A DNA stretch of 29,262 nt from Planctomycetota bacterium. GTDB taxonomy: Bacteria; Planctomycetota; UBA11346. Positions 1-13,763 of the stretch are shown here, in pieces. The stretch covers positions 1-29,262 of the forward strand of contig JBBRLJ010000054.1 in assembly GCA_038231435.1 (NCBI GenBank). Direction: 5' to 3'. The notes below the pieces were generated by a model, which ran no database searches, was not told the DNA's origin, and saw only the letters and a program-made list of their open reading frames with translations. The translations under genes and the position numbers were made by a program. Positions within the stretch are counted from its first letter, which is position 1, and every line of letters starts with the position of its first letter.

Positions 1-324
1 CGGATCGGCTACGCCGATTGTATCCGCCCACCGCCACTCGGCGCCCGCGCGAGTTTTTCAGGGGCTCCGCCCCTACGGCCTGGCGGCCTACCCCACGGGC
101 TTTGTCGTGGCTCGTTTTCGCCGTGCCGGCGAAAACGTGGGCGGATCGGCTACGCCGATTGTATCCGCCCACCGCCACTCGGCGCCCGCGCGAGTTTTTC
201 AGGGGCTCCGCCCCTACGGCTTGGCGGCCTACCCCACGGGCTTTGTCGGGACTCGTTTTCGCCGTGCCGGCGAAAACGTGGGCGGATCGGCTACGCCGAT
301 TGTATCCGCCCACCGCCACTCGGC
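1..324. repeat. Tandem array of a 141-bp palindromic REP/BIME-like unit (about 2.3 copies; units start at 1, 142, 283)
   Basis: Near-identical units with internal hairpins GTGGGCGGAT..ATCCGCCCAC, AGGGGC-tcc-GCCCCT and TTTTCGCCG-tgc-CGGCGAAAA. GTAG abuts a hairpin on the minus strand. It lies downstream of the GNAT stop and may be truncated by the window edge. Confidence 0.9.
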
Positions 325-398
325 ACCCGCCCCATCGCGGCGCGATGGGGCCCCCGGTTCTCGTGCGGTGTGGGGATGCGTCGGGGCTGGGCGGGTGA

Positions 399-890
399 TC
401 AGCGCGCCGTCGCGCTGCCGAGCGACGCCAGCCCGGGTCCGGTGAGGCGGAAGGTGGTCCAGTCGTCGAGCGGTTTCGCGCCGAGGGACTCGTAGAAGCC
501 GATCGCTGGGGCGTTCCAATCGAGCACCGCCCATTCGAGCCGGCCGCAATCGCGCTGCACGGCGAGGCGCGCGACCGCGGTGATCAGCGCACGTCCGTGG
601 CCGCGGCCGCGGTGTTCGGGCAGCACGAACAGATCCTCGAGATAGATGCCGGGCTTGCCGAGGAAGGTCGAGAAGGTGTGGAAGAACAGCGCGAACCCGA
701 CCACGGCACCGAGGTCCTCGGCGATCAGCACCTCGGCGCATGGATTCGGCCCGAAGAGATGCACGCGCAGATCCCCGTCGCTGAAGGTCACCGCGTGCTC
801 GAGGCGTTCGTACTCCGCCAGGGCCCGGATCAGCGCGGCGATGTCGCCGAGGTCGGCGACTCGCGCCGGACGGATGAGGGGAGCGTCCAC
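399..890 (-). CDS. GNAT family N-acetyltransferase (diamine/spermidine acetyltransferase-like)
   Basis: YLEDLFV.PEHRGRGHG acetyl-CoA motif, LEWAVLDWN.PAIGFYESLGA; GTG start preceded by AAGGAG. Confidence 0.9.
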   Translation of the reverse strand: MDAPLIRPARVADLGDIAALIRALAEYERLEHAVTFSDGDLRVHLFGPNPCAEVLIAEDLGAVVGFALFFHTFSTFLGKPGIYLEDLFVLPEHRGRGHGRALITAVARLAVQRDCGRLEWAVLDWNAPAIGFYESLGAKPLDDWTTFRLTGPGLASLGSATAR

Positions 891-988
891 CTCCTTGGCT
901 TAGCATCGCCCTTCCGCGTGGCCAGCCTGAGCGCTCGGGCTTCCGGATCGGGCATGGCCCTCGAGCTTGACGCTCTTGCATGGAATAG

Positions 989-1984
989 TTGATGGCGTCC
1001 GTATCGTGCGGCACCGTGACCACCGAACCGCTCTTCGATCCCAAGGCGACCACCATCCCGGTGCTCCGCTACCTCGTCGCCGTCGCCGACCACGCCCATT
1101 TCGGCCGCGCCGCCGCGGCCTGCTCGGTCGCGCAGCCGACGCTGAGCGCCCAGATCGCGCAGTGGGAGCGGCGCATGGGGGTCAGCGTCTTCGAGCGCTC
1201 AGGCTCGGCGGCCTCTGGAGTCAAAGTGACCGCCGCGGGCGAGCGCATCGTCGCCGAGGCGCGCGCCACGCTCGCAGCGCTCGCCCGGCTCGAAGGCGCC
1301 GTCACCACCGGCAAGCCGCCATTCTATGCGCCAGTGCGCCTGGGCGTGATCCCCACCGTCGGCCCGTACGTGCTGCCACTGCTGTGTCCGGCGATCGAGG
1401 CGGCCTTCCCGGATCTCGACCTGCCGATCCAGGAGAACCAGACCGCGACGCTGCTCGAGCTGCTCGACCAGGGTCGCCTCGATGTCCTGCTGCTCGCGGT
1501 GCTGCCGGGAATGGAGCGCGGCCACAGCATCGAACCCCTGTACGACGAGCCCTTCCTGCTGGCGCTGCCCGCGGGTCATGCGCTGGCCCGCGCGAAGACC
1601 GTGTCCATCCAGGATCTCGCCAAGGAGCGCCTGCTGCTGCTCGACGATGGCCATTGCCTGCGCGACCAGGCCATCGATCTCTGCCGCATCCGCGACGCCG
1701 CGACGCGTCCGGGCGCCGACTACCGCGCGACCAGCCTCGAGACCCTGCGCCAGATGGTGGCGTTGGGCATCGGCTGCACCGTGCTGCCCGCGCTCGCCGT
1801 CGACTATCCTAACCGCGAAGGCGCCAAGGATCCGAGCGTGGCGATCAGACCGCTCGGAGCCAAGCGCGACTCGCGCACCATCGCCCTGGTGTGGCGTGCC
1901 GCGGATCCGCGCGGCGACGCGTATCGCCAACTGCTGCCCGCCATGCGCCGCGCGCTGCCGCGCAAACTGGTGCGAGTCGTCTGA
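989..1984 (+). CDS. oxyR: LysR family regulator, OxyR-type hydrogen peroxide sensor (true start may be GTG 1016)
   Basis: LysR HTH (HFGRAAAACSVAQPTLSAQI), LGVIPTVGPY, LLLLDDGHCLRDQAIDLC with both redox cysteines, ATSLETLRQMVA. Confidence 0.8.
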   Translation: MMASVSCGTVTTEPLFDPKATTIPVLRYLVAVADHAHFGRAAAACSVAQPTLSAQIAQWERRMGVSVFERSGSAASGVKVTAAGERIVAEARATLAALARLEGAVTTGKPPFYAPVRLGVIPTVGPYVLPLLCPAIEAAFPDLDLPIQENQTATLLELLDQGRLDVLLLAVLPGMERGHSIEPLYDEPFLLALPAGHALARAKTVSIQDLAKERLLLLDDGHCLRDQAIDLCRIRDAATRPGADYRATSLETLRQMVALGIGCTVLPALAVDYPNREGAKDPSVAIRPLGAKRDSRTIALVWRAADPRGDAYRQLLPAMRRALPRKLVRVV

Positions 1985-2023
1985 GCGGCGACGCCGCACT
2001 CCGCACTCCGCTCGTCACTCTCC

Positions 2024-7179
<5,156 letters not shown>

Positions 7180-7264
7180 GAGTGGAGGAGCGTGCAGGCG
7201 TGGAGGACGAGGCATGGGACCACCGGCGTCGGTGCCCGGTTGGTCGAAGCGGGCCCGGCACCAA

Positions 7265-7447
7265 CGAAGGAGGCCCGCTCGTTCGAGCGGGCCTCGCGTG
7301 GCACCGGGTGGTGCGTAGCTAGACGACGCTCAGGTGACCTCGGCAAGGCCGAGGTGAAGACGAGCGAGTCGCCAAATGGACATGGAGCCGCGGGACATGT
7401 CGGATTTGTATGGCTCGCCTTCTCCGAGACAAGCGTCGAAGCCGAAA
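7265..7447 (-). ncRNA. Candidate structured ncRNA or leader (6S-like long imperfect hairpin)
   Basis: Nested pairings CGACGCT(7324-30)/AGCGTCG(7432-38), GAAG/CTTC, GCGAGTC/GGCTCGC, CAAAT/ATTTG, GACATG/CATGTC, plus side hairpin ACCTCGGC/GCCGAGGT. Upstream minus-strand TCGTCA-N16-TAAAAT and downstream hairpin. Confidence 0.35.
7270..7295 (-). terminator. Strong GC hairpin, possible intrinsic terminator
   Basis: GAGGCCCGCTCG-tt-CGAGCGGGCCTC perfect inverted repeat; only a weak U-tract (CTTCGTT) follows on the minus strand. Confidence 0.45.
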
Positions 7448-7514
7448 CGGCTGATTTTACCGATCTTCTAGGCGATGACGACCATGACTCCAAGCAAGTG
7501 CTTGCTTTAGATTA

Positions 7515-7536
7515 AAAGAAAGCATATGCTTTCTTT
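7515..7536. promoter_or_regulatory. Perfect 22-bp palindrome, probable TetR operator
   Basis: AAAGAAAGCATATGCTTTCTTT immediately before the TetR ATG; second palindrome AAGCAAG-tg-CTTGCTT at 7492-7507. Confidence 0.7.
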
Positions 7537-7539
7537 ACC

Positions 7540-8112
7540 ATGGGCCGCCGACCGTTCGTCCGACAGCAGATCCTCGAAGCCGCATTCGACCTCTTCGCGG
7601 TCGAGGGTTACGAGGCCGTCAGCACGCGCGACATCGCCAAACGCGCGAAGGTCGGCCCGGCCTCGATGTTCAAGCACTTCCCCACCAAAGAGGATCTCGG
7701 CCGCGAGCTCTACCGGGTCGCGCTCGCGCCGATCCTGCGCGCGTTCGCCGAACTCGCCGCGACCAAGCCGGACCCCGAAGCCGCGGTGCGCGAAGCCGTG
7801 CTCCTGCTCTACGCCGCCTACGACGAGCGTCCGCGCGCACTCGCGCTGCTGGTCTTCCCGCCGCACGAGATGACGCCGGTCGAGGTCGACCAGGCGAATC
7901 CGCACAGCGTGCGCGCCATCCTGCGCCGCCTGATCAAGGGCGACGACGATCTCGCCGCCATCGTCTGGGGCGCGATCACCGGCCCCCTGCAGGACCGCTA
8001 CCTGCGCCAGCGCAGCGGCGCCATGTCCAAGCACGCCGCCGCGCACGCCCAGCGCGTGCTCGGCATCCTCGGCATCACCACCCCGTCCACCGACTCCGGA
8101 GCCACGCCATGA
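7540..8112 (+). CDS. TetR/AcrR family transcriptional regulator
   Basis: ILEAAFDLFAVEGYEAVSTRDIAKRAKVGPASMFKHFPTKEDL N-terminal TetR HTH. Confidence 0.92.
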   Translation: MGRRPFVRQQILEAAFDLFAVEGYEAVSTRDIAKRAKVGPASMFKHFPTKEDLGRELYRVALAPILRAFAELAATKPDPEAAVREAVLLLYAAYDERPRALALLVFPPHEMTPVEVDQANPHSVRAILRRLIKGDDDLAAIVWGAITGPLQDRYLRQRSGAMSKHAAAHAQRVLGILGITTPSTDSGATP

Positions 8113-9860
8113 ATCCCTTCCGCCCGCGTCAGATCTCCGCGCTCGCCGTCTGCGTCCTCGTCGCCTCGATCATCGCGTCCTGTGCGACGCGACGCGGCGA
8201 GGGTGGATCGTCAACGTATTCGCGGACACCGCCTCCGGCATCCTATGATGCGCGACAGGCTGGCGGGACATCCCCACAGCACCCATTCGAGGGCGCTATC
8301 GAGGGCTATGAAACGACGAGTCCTCAGCTGGTGCCCACGCCCGCGGGACCGCTGCTGGCACGTGACCTCGGTGACGGCGCCGGCGGCGAGAAACTCGGAC
8401 GCCGCCAGCCCGGCGATCGCGACGATTCCGACGCCGAGGTGCGCAGCGCCGACAATCCCTTCGTCCGCGTCGACCAGCGCGGCGGCGACGCCTCGACCTT
8501 CTCCACCGACGTCGACACCGCGTCGTACACCATGCTGCGCAGCAGCCTGCTGGAGCAACGCCGCCTGCCGGCGCCCGAGTCGGTGCGCATCGAGGAGATG
8601 CTGAACACCTTCCATTACGATTATCCGCGGCCTGGCGCACGCGACGAGCATCCGTTCGTCATCAGCACCGACACCGTCGCCTGCCCGTGGAGCCCAGGCC
8701 ATCGGGTGGTGCGCATCGGCGTCAGTGGACGCGAGATGGATCGCGCTCATCGCCCGCCAGCCAATCTCGTCTTTCTGATCGACACCAGCGGCTCGATGGC
8801 CCCGGACAACCGCCTGCCGTTGCTGCTGCGCAGCATGAAGCTGCTGGTCGATCAACTCGATGCGCGCGACCGCGTCTCGATCGTCACCTACGCTGGCGAT
8901 GCCGGCGTGGCGCTCGAGCCGACCGCTGGCGACGAGCACCGCCGCATCCGCAAGGCGCTCGACAAGCTGCAGTCCGGCGGCAGCACCTACGGTTCCGGCG
9001 GCATCCAGGAGGCCTATCGACAGGCACGAGCGCATTTCGATCGTGACGCGGCCAACCGCGTGATCCTCGCCACCGATGGCGACTTCAACGTCGGCGTCAC
9101 CGACGAGGCCCAGCTCGACGCGCTGGTGCGCGAAGAGGCCCGCGCAGGCATCTTCCTCACCGTGCTCGGTTTCGGCATCGGGCACAGCGACCACCGCCTC
9201 GAAAGCCTCGCCGACCACGGCAACGGCATGTACGCCTACATCGACCGCGAGCAGGAGGCCCGCCGGCTGTTCGTCGAGCAGCTGCCGGGCAGCCTGGTGA
9301 CCATCGCCCAGGACGTGAAGGTGCAGGTCTTCTTCAATCCTGCCGCGGTCTCGAGCTGGCGCCTGATCGGCTACGAGAACCGTCTGCTCAAGCGCGAGGA
9401 CTTCAACGACGACCGCGTGGACGCCGGTGATATCGGCGCCGGCCACACCGTCACCGCGCTGTACGAGATCGTGCCGAACGGCGAGCCGGCCACGCGCGGT
9501 GTCGACGCCAATCCCTTCATCGCATCCGATGGCGGCGATGCGCGCCCCGCTGACCCTGCGCCCGCTTCCTACACCATGCGCGTGCGCCTGCGCTACCAGC
9601 CTCCCGGCGGTGGCGATAGTCGGTTGATCGAGACCGACGTATCCAACCGCGCCCGTGCGGACGATGCCGCCCAGCGCGATACCACCTGGGCCATGGCGGT
9701 GGCGGCGTTCGGCATGGTGCTGCGCGGGTCCCCCTACCGGGGCTCGTGCGATTACCGCCTGGTCGATGAGCTCGCCCGACAGGGCAAGGGATCGGACGAA
9801 GCGCGCGCCGGATTCATGGAGCTGGTGGACGCGGCGCGGGATCTCGAACGGCGCCGGTAG
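8109..9860 (+). CDS. vWA domain lipoprotein, YfbK-like
   Basis: Lipobox IIASC; STFSTDVDTASY, VRIEEMLNTFHYDY, MIDAS DTSGSM, ILATDGDFNVG, LIGYENRLLKREDFNDDRVDAGDIGAGH; ATGA overlap with tetR. Confidence 0.88.
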   Translation: MNPFRPRQISALAVCVLVASIIASCATRRGEGGSSTYSRTPPPASYDARQAGGTSPQHPFEGAIEGYETTSPQLVPTPAGPLLARDLGDGAGGEKLGRRQPGDRDDSDAEVRSADNPFVRVDQRGGDASTFSTDVDTASYTMLRSSLLEQRRLPAPESVRIEEMLNTFHYDYPRPGARDEHPFVISTDTVACPWSPGHRVVRIGVSGREMDRAHRPPANLVFLIDTSGSMAPDNRLPLLLRSMKLLVDQLDARDRVSIVTYAGDAGVALEPTAGDEHRRIRKALDKLQSGGSTYGSGGIQEAYRQARAHFDRDAANRVILATDGDFNVGVTDEAQLDALVREEARAGIFLTVLGFGIGHSDHRLESLADHGNGMYAYIDREQEARRLFVEQLPGSLVTIAQDVKVQVFFNPAAVSSWRLIGYENRLLKREDFNDDRVDAGDIGAGHTVTALYEIVPNGEPATRGVDANPFIASDGGDARPADPAPASYTMRVRLRYQPPGGGDSRLIETDVSNRARADDAAQRDTTWAMAVAAFGMVLRGSPYRGSCDYRLVDELARQGKGSDEARAGFMELVDAARDLERRR

Positions 9861-9898
9861 TCTCTCATCGATCTGCACACTCATACTGAGGCAATGCC

Positions 9899-10588
9899 AT
9901 GACCATCACCGTACCGTTCACCTGCGCGCTGTTGTCCGTCATCCTGATCTCCGGCTGCGGTGAACGGCCCGCGGCTGCGCAGCTCGAATACGATGGGGCC
10001 CAAGCCGAATCACGCGCCAGTGTTTCTGAATCCTTGTTTTCGAGCGATACCGCAGTCATCGGCAACGAGGCGCTGGAGAAGATCCTCGACGGCGTCATCA
10101 CGCTGAAGGACAAGGCGAAGGTCGCGGTATTGCCGATGGGCCGATGGAATGCAGATGATGCCGGTACCGCCGGCGCGAACATCGATCTGCTGCGCGACCT
10201 GCTGTCCGATCGGCGCGTGGTCAGCGTCACCCGGATCCCGTCCATACTCCTTCCGCAGGACAAGATCAGCATCCCCTACATCCGCGAGGCGTGCGCGCGC
10301 CTGCAGTGCGATCTCGTGCTCATCTACACGGTCCAATGCCGCATCACCTACGACAGCAACGTCTTCAGGAAGGATAGAGCCACGTCACATGCCACGATTG
10401 AGGCCGTGGCCATAGATGTCAGAACCGGCATCGTGCCGTGGACCGACATTGCAGACCATGATCTGGTGATCGAGGAAGGCGCAGCGAATGACCGCCAACT
10501 CTGGGAGCAGGCGCGTCTCGCTTCGGTCACCAAGGGCATCGCCCAGATTGGCGGCGACTTCAACGTCTTCCTCACTCACCTGCAGTGA
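9899..10588 (+). CDS. Hypothetical lipoprotein
   Basis: Hydrophobic N-terminus with lipobox LISGC; GAGG RBS; C-terminal IDVRTG beta-strand pattern seen in CsgG/LpoB-like folds. Confidence 0.65.
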   Translation: MTITVPFTCALLSVILISGCGERPAAAQLEYDGAQAESRASVSESLFSSDTAVIGNEALEKILDGVITLKDKAKVAVLPMGRWNADDAGTAGANIDLLRDLLSDRRVVSVTRIPSILLPQDKISIPYIREACARLQCDLVLIYTVQCRITYDSNVFRKDRATSHATIEAVAIDVRTGIVPWTDIADHDLVIEEGAANDRQLWEQARLASVTKGIAQIGGDFNVFLTHLQ

Positions 10589-10612
10589 GCACGCCTCGTA
10601 ATTCGGCGATCA

Positions 10613-11635
10613 TCACGCCCGTGGCGTGACATCGACCAGGCAATCGTCCTTCCCCGTGCTGGTGAACGTCACGCGTTCACCCAGGAACAATGCGATCACC
10701 TGCGCGTTGGTGGTCGCGTGCAGGCTCGGGGCGAGCGTGCGGAAGCGTCCGCCCTTGGCTATCGCCAACGGCAGCAGCAACTGATCGGCCAGGTGTTCTC
10801 CCACCGGTGCGCTCGCGTCGAGGTAGCGCTGCGCCTCCTTGGCGGCGCGCTTCGCCACCTGCTCGGCCGAGACGCGCAGCTCACCGAAGGCGCTGATGGT
10901 CTCGGTGACGTGCTGGTAGGCCATGCTGATGGTGATGACGTTGCCCGGTCCGTCGGCGATGGCCTCGGCCTCGACGCACTCGTCGTACGACCACTTCAGC
11001 GCGTGCTTCAACGCCTCGGTCTCGCGCTCCGCGACGTGCGCGGGCAGGTTTGCGATTGTCGCCGTCGCGCGCCGCGAGATCGGCTTGCCGCGCTCGCACA
11101 GCTCCAGCGCCCAGGGCGAGACCAACGGCTGGATCTCGGCCACCAGACGGCCGCCACCCGCGGGATGGAAGCCATGACGCTCGAGCGTCAGCGCCACCGT
11201 CGCGCCGATGCGCGACAGCGTCGGCAGGAAGGAATCGCGCAGGAATTCGAACGGCGGAGCCAGGGGATTGTGCGTTCCCCCTTCCACCACCACCCGCGAC
11301 GGGGCCTTCGCCAGGAGCAGGGGCGGCAGCACGGTCTGCAGGACCAGCGACGCCGATCCCGCAGAGCCGATGGCGAAATGGTATTCGCCAGCGCACGGCT
11401 CCTGCGGGAAGAATCGCAACGCGCGACTCTGCAACTCGTCGCCTTCCAGCCGGCCATTGCAGACCCGTGCCGCGGCGCGCACCGCCGCCAGGTGCTGCTT
11501 CTGCAGCCCGGGCTTGGCGCGGCCAGCGCGGATGTTCTCGATCGTCACCGGGGTCCCGGTGATCGCTGCGAGCGCGAGCGAGGTGCGGAGGATCTGGCCG
11601 CCGCCTTCGCCCATGGTGCCGTCGATGGTGAGCAT
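10613..11635 (-). CDS. rtcA: RNA 3'-terminal phosphate cyclase
   Basis: IDGTMGEGGGQILRTSLAL, IRAGR.KPGL..QH, GSAGS..LVLQT, GGTHNP.APP, GEHLADQLLLP (adenylated His). Confidence 0.96.
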   Translation of the reverse strand: MLTIDGTMGEGGGQILRTSLALAAITGTPVTIENIRAGRAKPGLQKQHLAAVRAAARVCNGRLEGDELQSRALRFFPQEPCAGEYHFAIGSAGSASLVLQTVLPPLLLAKAPSRVVVEGGTHNPLAPPFEFLRDSFLPTLSRIGATVALTLERHGFHPAGGGRLVAEIQPLVSPWALELCERGKPISRRATATIANLPAHVAERETEALKHALKWSYDECVEAEAIADGPGNVITISMAYQHVTETISAFGELRVSAEQVAKRAAKEAQRYLDASAPVGEHLADQLLLPLAIAKGGRFRTLAPSLHATTNAQVIALFLGERVTFTSTGKDDCLVDVTPRA

Positions 11636-11643
11636 GTGGTCGG

Positions 11644-12297
11644 TCAGCCTCGCGGTGGCTCGGAGATATCATCACGAAGCACGAGCGTAGGGGTTTCGAG
11701 CCACCTTTCGACTTTCGCCAACGCCCTGGCCATGGGCACCGATCTCATGCGCGCTTTGGCCAATTCAATCTCGAGTCGCTCCACGCGACGGCTGTTTCCG
11801 CGGTGCCGATGGAAGCGGATCTGCACAGGAAGCAGATCGTCATGCCTCGAAGATTCCCTCCTCAAAGCGGCAACGATTCGAGCACCCTTCTCGACGATCT
11901 TTGGGCTATTGAGTACAGTGATGTCGAGTTCCTTGCTGGTGGCGAGTCGGCGGATCATCCCCTCCGCAATCGCCAACGCCGCCACCCGCAAATCGCCGCT
12001 CTGCTCAACCCCGCGCTCGACGCGAGGCAATATGTCGCTGAGCTCGCCCATGATCCGGCGATGGGCGCGTCGCTTGCGACGACACGGACGGCAGTGACAG
12101 ATCTCGACAGAGAGCGGGATCCGCAGCTCTTCATACCAAAAACGCTGCTCGGCGGCGGTTATCGGAAAGGAATTTCCGCATAGCGAGCAACAGTTCACCC
12201 ACGTACGCCAGTGCGTAGGTGCTGGCCGAGATCGATAGTCCAAGACCAGCAAAGTCGCATTGCACGGAATCGCTTCGGCATCTGAGTATCTGCTCAT
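11644..12297 (-). CDS. Zinc-ribbon domain protein with helical C-terminus, unknown function
   Basis: CSLCGNSFPITAAEQRFWYE...CHCRPCRRKRR matches the CxxC..F..xEQ.F.E..CxxCR zinc-ribbon pattern; GGAAGGAAG upstream of ATG 12297. Confidence 0.7.
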   Translation of the reverse strand: MSRYSDAEAIPCNATLLVLDYRSRPAPTHWRTWVNCCSLCGNSFPITAAEQRFWYEELRIPLSVEICHCRPCRRKRRAHRRIMGELSDILPRVERGVEQSGDLRVAALAIAEGMIRRLATSKELDITVLNSPKIVEKGARIVAALRRESSRHDDLLPVQIRFHRHRGNSRRVERLEIELAKARMRSVPMARALAKVERWLETPTLVLRDDISEPPRG

Positions 12298-12342
12298 GTC
12301 TTCCTTCCGATTCACGTCCGCGCTCCTCCTGCCCTTTTATCC

Positions 12343-13575
12343 TCACCCCTTCACGCACACCACCTGCTTCAGGGTGTGCACGATCTCGACCAGGTCCGCC
12401 TGGGCGGCCATCACCGCGTCGATGTCCTTGTAGGCCGCCGGCGTCTCGTCGATGACGTCGGCGTCCTTGCGGCACTCCACGCCGGCGGTGGCGGCGATGT
12501 GGTCCTCGATCGAGAACGTGCGCTTGGCGGCGCCGCGCGACATCGCGCGGCCGGCTCCGTGGCTGCAGGTCTCAAATGCATCGGCGTTTCCCTTGCCACG
12601 GACGATGAAGCTGCGCGCGCCCATCGACCCGGGGATGATGCCCAGGTCGTCCTTACCGGCGCGCACCGCGCCTTTACGCGTCAACCACACGTCCGCGCCG
12701 AAATGGTGCTCGCGGCTCACATAGTTGTGATGGCAATTCACGATCTCGATCTCGGCGGTGAACTTCGGCATCCCCGATACGTTGCGGACAGCTTCGACCA
12801 CGCGCTCCATCATCGCCTGGCGGTTCAGGCGCGCGTAAGCCTGCGCCCAGCTCACTGCCTCGATGTAGTCGGCGAAGTGCTCGGTCCCTTCGGACAGGTA
12901 GGCGAGGTCCTTGTCGGGAAGGTCGACGTGGTGCGCGCGCATGTCCTGCTTCGCCAGCTCGATGAAGAACTGGCCGAAGCGGTTGCCGACGCCGCGCGAA
13001 CCCGAGTGCAGCATGAACCACACGCGGTCCTCGGTATCCAGGCACACCTCGATGAAGTGGTTCCCGGTACCGAGGGTACCGAGGTGGTTGAGCGCGTTGC
13101 CGCGGCCAAGCTTGGGGAACTTCGCGCTGATGCGCTCGTACCCGGCCTCGAGGTGCTCCTTCCACAGGTTCTTCACGCGCACCGGCAGCTCGTGCCAGGC
13201 GCCGCGGTCGTTGGCTCCGCCGTTGTCGGTGCGGCCATGCGGCACCGCGCGCTCGATGGCATCGCGCACCGCCTTCAGCGATTCCGGCAGGTCCTTCGCG
13301 GACATGCTGGTGCGCGCCGCGCACATGCCGCAGCCGATGTCCACGCCCACCGCGGCCGGGATGATCGCGCCCACCGTCGGGATCACCGAGCCGACGGTCG
13401 CGCCGATGCCGAAGTGCACGTCGGGCATGGCCGCCACGTGATGATGCACGAACGGCATGCGCGCCACGTTCAAGAGCTGCTTGCGCGCCTCGTCCTCGAC
13501 GGGCACGCCCTTGGTCCAGGCGTAGATCGGCTTCGCATCGGGAGCCGAGATGAGATCGTAGGTCGGATGGGTCAT
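12343..13575 (-). CDS. rtcB: RtcB RNA ligase (3'-phosphate/2',3'-cyclic phosphate to 5'-OH)
   Basis: MPDVH, VGVDIGCGM, GTLGTGNHFIE, HSGSRG, HHNY, PGSMG, SHGAGR, DETPAAYKDI, VCVKG. Confidence 0.97.
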   Translation of the reverse strand: MTHPTYDLISAPDAKPIYAWTKGVPVEDEARKQLLNVARMPFVHHHVAAMPDVHFGIGATVGSVIPTVGAIIPAAVGVDIGCGMCAARTSMSAKDLPESLKAVRDAIERAVPHGRTDNGGANDRGAWHELPVRVKNLWKEHLEAGYERISAKFPKLGRGNALNHLGTLGTGNHFIEVCLDTEDRVWFMLHSGSRGVGNRFGQFFIELAKQDMRAHHVDLPDKDLAYLSEGTEHFADYIEAVSWAQAYARLNRQAMMERVVEAVRNVSGMPKFTAEIEIVNCHHNYVSREHHFGADVWLTRKGAVRAGKDDLGIIPGSMGARSFIVRGKGNADAFETCSHGAGRAMSRGAAKRTFSIEDHIAATAGVECRKDADVIDETPAAYKDIDAVMAAQADLVEIVHTLKQVVCVKG

Positions 13576-13644
13576 GGGAGCACCTGAGGGTCTAAGGGTA
13601 CAGGATACCAGGCATGGCGGATGAAGGCCAGCTTGGGAAACAGA

Positions 13645-13763
13645 GGAGCGACGAGAGTGGCGAGACGTTTTACTGAGCTATGAGCCATTTCTGACTCCCC
13701 GGGGATCGGACCCGGCCCTCCCTTTCGGGCGCTCTACCATGTAGTCTCGCCGGCATTCGCTCC
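13645..13763 (-). ncRNA. Y RNA-like element 3: tRNA mimic attached via a split D-loop
   Basis: Minus strand: GGAGCGA ATGC c GGCGAGAC TACA TGGTA GAGC g CCC-GAAA-GGG aggg CCGGG-TCCGATC-CCCGG g GAGTCA-GAAA-TGGCTC a TA GCTC AG taaaac GTCTCGCC actctcg TCGCTCC. Confidence 0.75.

Noticed and set aside
1..324. CRISPR array
   Set aside because: Whole 141-bp units are repeated with no unique spacers, and no cas genes are present.
18..445. Repetitive ORFs 18..398 and 107..445
   Set aside because: They are by-products of a repeat whose period is a multiple of 3; no RBS or recognisable domain.
980..1010. OxyR binding box upstream of oxyR
   Set aside because: Only one ATAG half-site; no ATAG-N7-CTAT spacing.
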